A stretch of 64,000 nucleotides of DNA from Candidatus Bathyarchaeia archaeon (lineage in GTDB: Archaea; Thermoproteota; Bathyarchaeia; 40CM-2-53-6): positions 1 to 64,000 of the forward strand of contig JBEKSC010000010.1 in the NCBI GenBank assembly GCA_049517415.1. The letters run 5' to 3'. Of this stretch, positions 52,576-60,745 are shown one piece after another. Under the pieces are notes generated by a model, which made no database searches, had not been told where the DNA came from, and worked only from the letters and a program-made list of their open reading frames with translations. Every line of letters begins with the position of its first letter. Position 1 is the first letter of the stretch. The translations under genes and the position numbers were made by a program.

Positions 52576-53652
52576 TTATTGTGTCTGGTTTCGATTCGGT
52601 CGATCCGAGGTTGGACCTATCACTTTGTACCCATAATGGTATGCGGCTATTCCTGCTACTGGAAGGTCAAGCCAAAAAGTTACAATCCTTGACAGGAGTG
52701 CTGCTGAGGCTGCGACGGCAACGGGGACTCCGAACAAAGACAGCGAGGCAGTGATTGCGGTCTCATATATCCCAAGCATTCCAGGAACCGCAATAGGCGT
52801 CATCTGAATCATTTCACCAATTGCCCCGGTAACTAGCACGACCCAGAGGGAAACAGAAGAGCCGACGGCTACGAGAACAACCCAGAGTATCAACACTGAG
52901 CACGCCCAGTCACCTAGACATGCGGCGAACGAGGTCGCAATAAGCATCCTTGAAGAGAGCATCCGACGAAAGGTCGTGTGATAATCCTCCAAGAATTCGC
53001 CCGCCTTCCCGTTCATTCTTGCTTGTTTTTGTAGAATTTTGAGTACGGGCTGAACCAGTCTTAGAACACGGTCCAAGAGTGGTTGCATTATCTTCGGATT
53101 CAGGGAAAGAAAGAGTGAGGCGATTAGCCCTGCCACTGCAAGTAGTGGTACTGCTGCTAGTTGAAAAACTATTGAAGTCGTTACACGGCCTCCAAAGATA
53201 AGGACCACGAAGGCAAGGGATGTGGTTGCTAGAAAACCGACGATGTAGAGAACTCGGTGCAGGATAACCGTGGCAGTGGATTCTCCTAGTGTCATTCCAG
53301 ACTCCTTCGAGGCCAAGATGCATCTTACTGCTTCAAGGAAGATACCGCTCGGCATAGTGTAGCTCGCAAAAATGCTCGCGAACGTAATTCCTTGGCAAGT
53401 TAGAAACGGAAGTCTAGCATCCGTAGATCGGATTAGGGCATACCATGCAGTCGAATACAAGGCGAAGCCAAGAAGTTGGACAGTAACCATCGCTAGAATA
53501 ACGATGGGGTTAACTTGGAGAAGTACGCGGACAAGGGAGTTGAGCCCGACAAAATAGATGAAAGCCACTAGAATCGATATCCCTACCGCTAAGCTGGCAA
53601 GCCTCGTGATTCTTGCTTTGTTGATGGGCTGCACCTCCGATATTGCCGACAA
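52576..53652 (-). CDS. Lysylphosphatidylglycerol synthase TM domain / UPF0104 flippase-like protein
   Basis: PSG..E..R, P..PG.LG.YE, R...FW. Confidence 0.85.
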   Translation of the reverse strand: MSAISEVQPINKARITRLASLAVGISILVAFIYFVGLNSLVRVLLQVNPIVILAMVTVQLLGFALYSTAWYALIRSTDARLPFLTCQGITFASIFASYTMPSGIFLEAVRCILASKESGMTLGESTATVILHRVLYIVGFLATTSLAFVVLIFGGRVTTSIVFQLAAVPLLAVAGLIASLFLSLNPKIMQPLLDRVLRLVQPVLKILQKQARMNGKAGEFLEDYHTTFRRMLSSRMLIATSFAACLGDWACSVLILWVVLVAVGSSVSLWVVLVTGAIGEMIQMTPIAVPGMLGIYETAITASLSLFGVPVAVAASAALLSRIVTFWLDLPVAGIAAYHYGYKVIGPTSDRPNRNQTQ

Positions 53653-54075
53653 ACTACGAGCCAGGCCAGTTGAATCCTGTAATTATCGAATTCATACTTA
53701 TATTCAGTCGCAACCACCATGAATCATATTTAGCTGAGACCGATTCATTTTGAGTCTTTTCAGCGACTACGTCCTAGACGAAAAGACGTTGAGTTCACAG
53801 AACAATCTAAACAAAAGAGCAGACCGAGCGTGCGCCAGTCCTTTACTCCTATGATGAGCATGAGCATCCCGGCGAGGGTCCGTGCTAAAAGGCGTTACAT
53901 GAAGCGATTGATGTCTGATCCTTCGAGGAGGGACCAAGATCAGCTGTAAAGACTGATTCACCATCTACGAGCCCGTCATGACGAAGCTGTCTACATTACG
54001 ATGAACCCAATAACACTAAATGACTGATTGAGATTCAAGCTATTTGGCGCGATTCATTAATCGAAGGGAAAAAGA

Positions 54076-54969
54076 GTGGCGGAAAGTTCTGAACAGACGT
54101 CTATGACAATAATGGAACACATATCGGAGCTAATCAAGCGCCTGAAGGTCGTAATCATCGTGCTTGCGGTGACATGCTCCGTCGGGTTCTTGCCATCTGA
54201 CCTTCAAGGGTACTCGGATCCAATCCACCAATACCGACCAGTAGTCTCGATAATGATGCAGAAAATGAAACACGATTTTCTCCCTAAGAGTGCCACCCTC
54301 ATAGCGTCAGGTCTCGTAGACACGCTTTTTGTTTACATGTACCTCACCTTGCTCATCGGTGTAGTGCTGGCTTCACCAGTTATCGCGTATGAGCTTTATG
54401 CCTATGTCAAGCCAGCTTTGTATCCAAACGAACGAAAATACATCTTGTGGTTCGTAGGGTCTTTTGTCGGGCTCTTTACTCTCGGACTTATAGTGGCCTA
54501 TTTCGCGATAATACCGATTACGTTTCAAATTCTGGTATGGTTCATAACTAATGGAGGAGCAGTTCCGTTCATTGCCATAAAGGACTTCTACAACTGGATC
54601 TTCATGCTTCTTCTGGCATCTGGCATTTTCTATACCATCCCTGTTTTCATCGTACTTCTAGTGCAGTTCAGAATCATCTCGACAAAAGTTCTTTCGGGTA
54701 AGACGAAAATTGCAATCTACCTCGGGTTGTGGATGATCATTTGGACCTTCGGTCCCGATCCAACTCCAATTACCGCTACAATCATAATGCTTCCCTTTTC
54801 GGTAATCTTTGAAGTAGCTGCATTCGCAGCACGAAGAATCGAGAGAAATCGTCCAACAGCGGACACCTATGCTCCACCAAAAACTGAGCTAGGTGCAGTG
54901 GCATGCAGGTTCTGTGGCGGCAACGTCGCCTCGTCGTTCTGTGTAGCATGCGGCAAATCACAAGTCTAG
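54076..54969 (+). CDS. tatC: Twin-arginine translocase TatC with C-terminal zinc ribbon
   Basis: EH..EL..RL, P...YE...YV.PAL...E, PDP; tail CRFCGG....FCVACG. Confidence 0.9.
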   Translation: MAESSEQTSMTIMEHISELIKRLKVVIIVLAVTCSVGFLPSDLQGYSDPIHQYRPVVSIMMQKMKHDFLPKSATLIASGLVDTLFVYMYLTLLIGVVLASPVIAYELYAYVKPALYPNERKYILWFVGSFVGLFTLGLIVAYFAIIPITFQILVWFITNGGAVPFIAIKDFYNWIFMLLLASGIFYTIPVFIVLLVQFRIISTKVLSGKTKIAIYLGLWMIIWTFGPDPTPITATIIMLPFSVIFEVAAFAARRIERNRPTADTYAPPKTELGAVACRFCGGNVASSFCVACGKSQV

Positions 54970-55146
54970 ACAAAACGTCATTCTAGAGGTGTAGCGGTCC
55001 TGAGCCTCAGGGGGTCTTGAATCTTGAATCTAATGAGTTATCGAACCAATTGTCAAGGTGACGGAGTTCTGCGTTTAATTTCCAGACGCCGTAGGAATTC
55101 AGCATTCTTATAGGGAACCGAACGCTGCCCATTCCTGTGAAACGAG

Positions 55147-55512
55147 TTGCCACTCTTCGGATATGAAGGACTAATTATGGCCGCGATACTCATAACACTT
55201 TTCCTGTGGGGTCCATCGAAGATCCCCGAAATGGCCAGAGCAATAGGCCAAGCAAAGAGAGAGTTCGATAAAGCAGCCAAAGAGGTTACGTCGTTTGCGG
55301 ATGTGAAGTCCATCACAACTCCTATCACAGATTCTATTAACAAAACTATCACGAGTCCACTAACGAGCCCCCCAGTGATTAGTAAGCAGACAACACCCCA
55401 GCCTCCTCAAGACCCAGTCATAATTGCCGCGAAGAGTCTGGGCATAAGCACCCTAGGAAAGACGAAGCAAGAACTCGTAACGGAAATAACTAATCTAACT
55501 ACAAAGAAGTAA
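55147..55512 (+). CDS. tatA: Twin-arginine translocase TatA/E (second copy)
   Basis: GYE, WGPSKIPEMARAIGQAKREF. Confidence 0.9.
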   Translation: MPLFGYEGLIMAAILITLFLWGPSKIPEMARAIGQAKREFDKAAKEVTSFADVKSITTPITDSINKTITSPLTSPPVISKQTTPQPPQDPVIIAAKSLGISTLGKTKQELVTEITNLTTKK

Positions 55513-55858
55513 GAGACAGGTCGGAGGGTTTCCTGGAACATTCGGCAAATCTACATCAAAAGGAAAAGCAATTCAGGTTCCACAATAATCGATCGGTTAC
55601 TGGGTTCGAGAATGCAGGAACTTCGATGGGAAGCAAGCTACGCTCTTCTAAGACAGTCAAGAATCATTCTGCGAAACGCACTGTATTAGTCTTACCCACT
55701 TGTTCTCTGCCCAAACTTTGATTTCAAGAACAAAGCGCTCTGCCATGTTGCGTATTACACTAAATTGCCGATTCATTGAATTGAGTTCGCTCCTAGAGAT
55801 GGGAGTCGTGTTATCCGGGAGTGTTGCTCTAATGCGCCGCGATCTTTCAGCCGTAAAT

Positions 55859-56269
55859 TCATCTCTGCGCTCGGTTGCAGTTTGGGCAAAAGGTTTCATT
55901 CGGTTCAATGTAGTGGCCGCAGAACTTGCAGGTGCCACGTTGCACGAGTGAAGACGCCGGCGCAGGCGATTGCGCGGGGACGGGAGCCGGAGCGGTTACA
56001 GGAGCTTGTTGCATGATAGTAATCGGAGCGGGGGTTGGTTTGGAGACTGATGCTATGCATAGAAGGAGACCGGTGACTCCAACGAGCCCCGAGAGGATTT
56101 GAATGAAGTTTTCCCTATCCGCATTCGTCATACTGAGAGGGATCATGGTCTGAATGATGTTATCAAGCGTGGGACTTGATGTAGCGCGTATCATGAAGCC
56201 GACGAGGAATAGGAAGAAACCCACATAGGTCAAAACAGCCCCCACGAGAAACTTCCTCATTGCCAGCAT
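55859..56269 (-). CDS. Two-TM protein with Pro/Ala linker and C-terminal zinc ribbon
   Basis: Two TM segments; CKFCG.......FCPNC. Confidence 0.8.
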   Translation of the reverse strand: MLAMRKFLVGAVLTYVGFFLFLVGFMIRATSSPTLDNIIQTMIPLSMTNADRENFIQILSGLVGVTGLLLCIASVSKPTPAPITIMQQAPVTAPAPVPAQSPAPASSLVQRGTCKFCGHYIEPNETFCPNCNRAQR

Positions 56270-56510
56270 ACCTCAAGCAGCCACATGCTCATTATTCCCT
56301 TTAAGTGATTTTATGATTCTCACCTCCGGTTTTGCTCGCCTCCCGCTTGTGTCTGCCTCCCCATTTTCCAGAATTTACATGGCCAGGAATTCTAACAGTG
56401 GCGGTGCTCTAAGCTCTTGCAAAGTCACTGACCTTTCTCAAAATTCTAGGCTTATATCCGCGAGCAGAGCCGTCGAAGTAGCAGAAAATCTTGCAGCGGC
56501 TTCAATCCAG

Positions 56511-56523
56511 CAAAGGTTTTATT
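56511..56523 (+). promoter_or_regulatory. Putative BRE/TATA promoter of cimA
   Basis: CAAAGGTTTTATT, same motif as the other promoters. Confidence 0.55.
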
Positions 56524-56564
56524 CAGCCTCAAAAATACTGCTTCAGAAGGCGGCAGTTTTCATG

Positions 56565-56582
56565 GGTGATAAATTTATCGCC
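56565..56582. promoter_or_regulatory. Palindrome between promoter and cimA (operator-like)
   Basis: GGTGATAAATTTATCGCC with perfect 12-bp core GATAAATTTATC. Confidence 0.45.
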
Positions 56583-56595
56583 AAACCAAGCAGCC

Positions 56596-58266
56596 GTGTT
56601 CACCGTTAGCGAATTTTCTAAACGATCTGTTCCCGAGTTAGTCGAAGTTTACGACACCACGCTTCGTGATGGGAATCAATCAGTAGGCGTAAACTTTACC
56701 GCAACTCAGAAGTTGCGAGTCGCCAAGACCCTAATCGAGGCTGACGTCGACTACGTCGAGGGGGGTTGGCCCAACGAAACGAACCCCACGGATATTGAGT
56801 TCTTTCGGATGGCGAAGGCGTTGGACAACACGGTGTTCTCTCGTGTTACGTCCTTCGGAATGACTCGCCGCCCTAACACGCACCCGGCTAAGGACAAAAA
56901 CCTAGAGTATCTCCTAAAATCAGGCACGGGGACCGTCACAATCTTCGGCAAATCGTGGCCCTTTCAAGTCGAGGCGATCCTTAGGACGACGCCGGATGAG
57001 AACAGGAGGATGATTCACGATTCGGTGGAATTTCTGATCTCACGTCAAAGAAGGGTCATCTACGACGCTGAGCATTTCTTTGACGGGTACAAGGCGAACC
57101 CAGAGTACGCTCTGTCCACGCTAAACGCGGCGCAAGATGCGGGAGCCTCAATGCTCGTGCTCTGTGACACTAGAGGCGGATCCTACCCATCGGAGATCTA
57201 TGAGGTGATCAAGCAAGTGATTGAACAGGTCAGCGTTCCCGTAGGAATCCACGCCCATAACGACCGTGGCCTGGCAACCGCCAACTCACTCTTCGCGGTA
57301 TTGGCTGGGGCGTCTCACGTGCAGGGAACGATGAACGGCCTAGGCGAACGAGTCGGCAACGCCGATCTCATTGAGGTCGTTGCCAATCTACACCTGATGG
57401 GCATACGCACTGAACTTCAACCATCCGAGCTTACCAACTTATCGCGTTTCGCATATGAAATGAGCGGCTTGCGAGAAAATCCGTTTAAGCCCTTCGTAGG
57501 GAAGCATGCATTTGCTCACAAGGGAGGTGTACACGGCGACGCAGTACTCAAGGCAGAAAGGGCGTATGAGTTCTGTGACCCCGCCTCGTTCGGAAACGCC
57601 AGGACTATTACGGTTTCATCCCAGGCTGGTCGCTCAAGTCTGCTGTCCGCAGCCCGGAAATTGGGATTCGATCTTTCGAAGAATGACAGTCGGGTGTTAG
57701 ATCTCCTCAGGGAAGTCAAGTCTCTGGAGGCTTCGGGATGTAACCTTGAGTTTGCCGATGCATCTCTGGAACTTCTTTTCCTACGGACGCTGACTAAGAC
57801 GCGAGACACATTTCGCGTCGTCGACTGGGAAGCTTCCGTTCAGAGCCAAGCTGGGAATTCGTCAGCGCAATGCAGACTCAGCATAGACGTCGGCCAGAAA
57901 GTGGTTGAAACTCATGCAAGCGGAAATGGGCCAGTGAATGCGCTTGATCGAGGCCTTCAATTGGTGCTGAAGAAATCTTTCGGGTCGAGGTTCTCAGCGA
58001 GGCTTATCGGTTATCGAGTGAGAGAGATTGATTCGGAAGCGGCAACCGCGGCTAAGGTTGCGGTGTACATAGACTTTGCCGACGGTCGAAGAACTTGGAC
58101 TACCGTCGCTTCTTCGACCAACATTGTGAAGGCAAGCGTAGATGCTCTAGTCGACGGCTACGCGTACGCTCTCAGAACAGCGGGGCAGGCAACAGGACTG
58201 CAGCGAGATCCGATGCGAAAAGTTCCACTCGGAAAAGCTAGAGGAGATTCCAACGTACGAAAATGA
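56596..58266 (+). CDS. cimA: Citramalate synthase (DRE-TIM family)
   Basis: YDTTLRDG, EGGWP..NP.D, IFGKSW, YDAEHFFDGY, HAHND, AHKGGVH, GNGPVNALD; start uncertain. Confidence 0.88.
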   Translation: MFTVSEFSKRSVPELVEVYDTTLRDGNQSVGVNFTATQKLRVAKTLIEADVDYVEGGWPNETNPTDIEFFRMAKALDNTVFSRVTSFGMTRRPNTHPAKDKNLEYLLKSGTGTVTIFGKSWPFQVEAILRTTPDENRRMIHDSVEFLISRQRRVIYDAEHFFDGYKANPEYALSTLNAAQDAGASMLVLCDTRGGSYPSEIYEVIKQVIEQVSVPVGIHAHNDRGLATANSLFAVLAGASHVQGTMNGLGERVGNADLIEVVANLHLMGIRTELQPSELTNLSRFAYEMSGLRENPFKPFVGKHAFAHKGGVHGDAVLKAERAYEFCDPASFGNARTITVSSQAGRSSLLSAARKLGFDLSKNDSRVLDLLREVKSLEASGCNLEFADASLELLFLRTLTKTRDTFRVVDWEASVQSQAGNSSAQCRLSIDVGQKVVETHASGNGPVNALDRGLQLVLKKSFGSRFSARLIGYRVREIDSEAATAAKVAVYIDFADGRRTWTTVASSTNIVKASVDALVDGYAYALRTAGQATGLQRDPMRKVPLGKARGDSNVRK

Positions 58267-58402
58267 CCAATTTCAGTCGTTGGATGAGCGAAGAAACGAG
58301 GCTGATAGGTAAGTCAAGCCTGCGCGATACGCTTATTAGAATCTCTGCCGTGACGTGTTGACTTCAAGGTCTACGAGTGCGTTGCAAAATAACCTACACC
58401 GC

Positions 58403-58453
58403 TTGACGAAAACGATTGTCCTCATTGCGCTTGTAGACGTTATTCTTCTGTAG
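58403..58453 (+). CDS. Putative ilvB leader peptide MTKTIVLIALVDVILL
   Basis: 10 of the last 12 codons are Ile/Leu/Val; ends 48 nt before ilvB; alternative in-frame starts at 58355, 58358, 58382. Confidence 0.7.
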   Translation: MTKTIVLIALVDVILL

Positions 58454-58487
58454 CCCGTCCTCCAACACGGTTGTTCGGAGGGGCGGG
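58454..58487 (+). promoter_or_regulatory. GC-rich attenuator-like hairpin after the leader peptide
   Basis: CCCGTCCTCCAACA-cggt-TGTTCGGAGGGGCGGG, about 14 bp with two bulges; no U-tract. Confidence 0.65.
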
Positions 58488-58501
58488 GTAATCTAAAGGA
58501 A

Positions 58502-60235
58502 GTGAATACGCTAGACTTGACAAAGATGTCGGGTGCGGAGGCCGTAGTCGAAGCACTGCTACGCGAGGGTGTGGAAGTTGTCTTTGGGCATCCGGGCGGG
58601 GCCAACATGCCGATTTACGATGCCCTTTACGACTTCCAGAACTTCAGGTACACGCCGCTGAATGAGACAAGTCTCCGGCATATTTTGGCTAGGCATGAAC
58701 AGTCGGCCGCTCACATGGCTGATGGATATGCGCGTGCATCAGGAAAGGTTGGGGTGTGCATGGCGACCTCCGGTCCCGGCGCAACAAACCTCATGACTGG
58801 ATTGGCCACTGCGTACATGGATTCGTCGCCGGTCGTGGCGATCACGGGCCAAGTTCCCTCCTTCGTAATAGGAACCGACGGCTTTCAGGAGATTGATGTC
58901 GTTGGAATGGCGACATCTGTAACAAAATACACTTTTCAACCCCTCCGCGTTCGAGACGTACCATATTCAATCAAGGCCGCATTTTACTTGGCCACAACCC
59001 GGCGGCCTCAGCCCGTTCTGATCGACATTCCAAAAGACGTTCAGCAAGCGGAGGATGAAGTGGAGTTCCTCGAATCTGTAAACTTTCCAAATTACGGCCC
59101 CCTACCAGACCCTGATCCAATGGTGGTGAAAACTATTAGCCGCGCAATCCTCGATGCACAGCGTCCAGTAATATTAGCCGGCGGAGGTGTCAAAATGGCG
59201 AACGCCTACCGCGAGCTTCAAGCATTTGCTGAATTTCTCGTCGCGCCGGTCGTAACGTCCTTCATGGGAAAGGGAGCTTTTCCGGAGAATCATCCCCTCT
59301 CGCTAGGCTGCATGGGGATGCATGGATCAGAACGCACGAACAAACTCATCCCTGAATGCGATGTGCTACTAGTGGTGGGTTCGAGACTTTCCGACAGGAC
59401 AACAGGCAAGATCGAGAAGTTTGCGCCTAATACGAAGGTTATTCATATCGACGCTGACAAAGCGGAGATCGGCAAGAATTACAAACTTCCAGTCGTATCA
59501 CTTGTCGCTGACGCGAAAAAGGCTCTGCAGGCAATAATTCGTGAGGTGGAAACCGGTATGATGGGCCGACAGCGCGACGCATGGGTCAAACGCGCACAAG
59601 AGGTGGTGGTAACGGCGAGGACAGAGCTCGACGGAAACGGTTCACACTTGAGTGGCCCAGAAACGATTAGAATGCTTCGCAGATTTATTCCACACGACGC
59701 CATAGTGACGACAGAAGTCGGCCAACATCAGATGTGGTGTGAGCAGAACTTTCAGGTAATCATGCCGAGAACGTTCTTTAGCTCAGGAGGGCTTGGGACG
59801 ATGGGGTTCGGATTCCCCGCAGCCCTAGGAGCTAAAGTCGCTAGGCCTGACGTTCCGGTTTTCGATGTCGCCGGGGACGGAAGTTTTCTGATGACCGAAA
59901 ACTCACTCGCGACCAGCGTTGAGGAACAAATTCCGGTAACAGTCGTCATTCTGAATAACCGGATGCTGGGAATGGTAGCCCAATGGCAACGCTTTTTCTA
60001 CAACCGCCGCTACTCCGCCGTGCACCTTGGCAAGTCGCCAGATTTCGTGAAACTAGCAGAATCTTACGGAGCTGAAGGAGTTCGCGTAAGCACAATCCTA
60101 GAGCTTGAAACCGCCGTCAACAGAGCAATGCGCTCTCCCGTTACAACCGTCATAGATGTCCCAATCTCACCGGAAGAGAACGTACTCCCGATGCTGCCGC
60201 CTGGGGCTGGAATCAAGGAGATGGTTGTCGGATGA
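58502..60235 (+). CDS. ilvB: Acetolactate synthase large subunit
   Basis: FG.PGG, RHEQ, TSGPGATN, VGQHQMW, SGGLGTMGFG, GDGSF...NN TPP motif. Confidence 0.96.
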   Translation: MNTLDLTKMSGAEAVVEALLREGVEVVFGHPGGANMPIYDALYDFQNFRYTPLNETSLRHILARHEQSAAHMADGYARASGKVGVCMATSGPGATNLMTGLATAYMDSSPVVAITGQVPSFVIGTDGFQEIDVVGMATSVTKYTFQPLRVRDVPYSIKAAFYLATTRRPQPVLIDIPKDVQQAEDEVEFLESVNFPNYGPLPDPDPMVVKTISRAILDAQRPVILAGGGVKMANAYRELQAFAEFLVAPVVTSFMGKGAFPENHPLSLGCMGMHGSERTNKLIPECDVLLVVGSRLSDRTTGKIEKFAPNTKVIHIDADKAEIGKNYKLPVVSLVADAKKALQAIIREVETGMMGRQRDAWVKRAQEVVVTARTELDGNGSHLSGPETIRMLRRFIPHDAIVTTEVGQHQMWCEQNFQVIMPRTFFSSGGLGTMGFGFPAALGAKVARPDVPVFDVAGDGSFLMTENSLATSVEEQIPVTVVILNNRMLGMVAQWQRFFYNRRYSAVHLGKSPDFVKLAESYGAEGVRVSTILELETAVNRAMRSPVTTVIDVPISPEENVLPMLPPGAGIKEMVVG

Positions 60236-60744
60236 GCCAAGACGCGCAGTTACGAATCATATCCGCCCTAGTAGAGAATAAACCTGGGGTTCTCTATCGT
60301 ATCTCTAATTTGGTTCGTAGGAAGTCATTCAACATCGAAAGCATTGCGGTTGGCCATGCAGAGACCCCTGGGTTAGCAAGAATGACTTTCACAATGTTCT
60401 CGGATTACAGCCGGTTCGATCAGGTGATGAAAAACATAGACAACCTGATCGATGTTCGAAGCGTTGAACCGCTCGAAGAAAGAAACGCAACGATTCGTGA
60501 ACTTGCCCTCGTGAAGTTTTCGCCCGGCGCTCCGGTCACGAGGCAGGAGGTAATGAGCTTCATAGAAACATTCCGGGCCAATATCGTAGACATGTCGCCA
60601 GAAACTCTCACTGTTGAAATTTCTGGTGACTCGGACAAGATCAATGCGTTCATAGATCTTGCGAGAAATTTCGGCCTCAAAGAGGTGGCTCGGACAGGTA
60701 CGGTCGCTCTAGCTCGTGAAATGATAATTAAAAGGGGTACGTGA
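60232..60744 (+). CDS. ilvN: Acetolactate synthase small subunit
   Basis: LVENKPGVL, FNIESI.VG, RELALVK, EVARTG. Confidence 0.95.
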   Translation: MSQDAQLRIISALVENKPGVLYRISNLVRRKSFNIESIAVGHAETPGLARMTFTMFSDYSRFDQVMKNIDNLIDVRSVEPLEERNATIRELALVKFSPGAPVTRQEVMSFIETFRANIVDMSPETLTVEISGDSDKINAFIDLARNFGLKEVARTGTVALAREMIIKRGT

Positions 60745-60745
60745 G

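Noticed and set aside
55513..55858. Short ORFs between tatA and the zinc-ribbon gene
   Set aside because: Overlapping, motif-free and likely spurious.
58454..58500. Classical intrinsic terminator call for the ilvB leader hairpin
   Set aside because: No U-tract follows; kept only as a regulatory hairpin.
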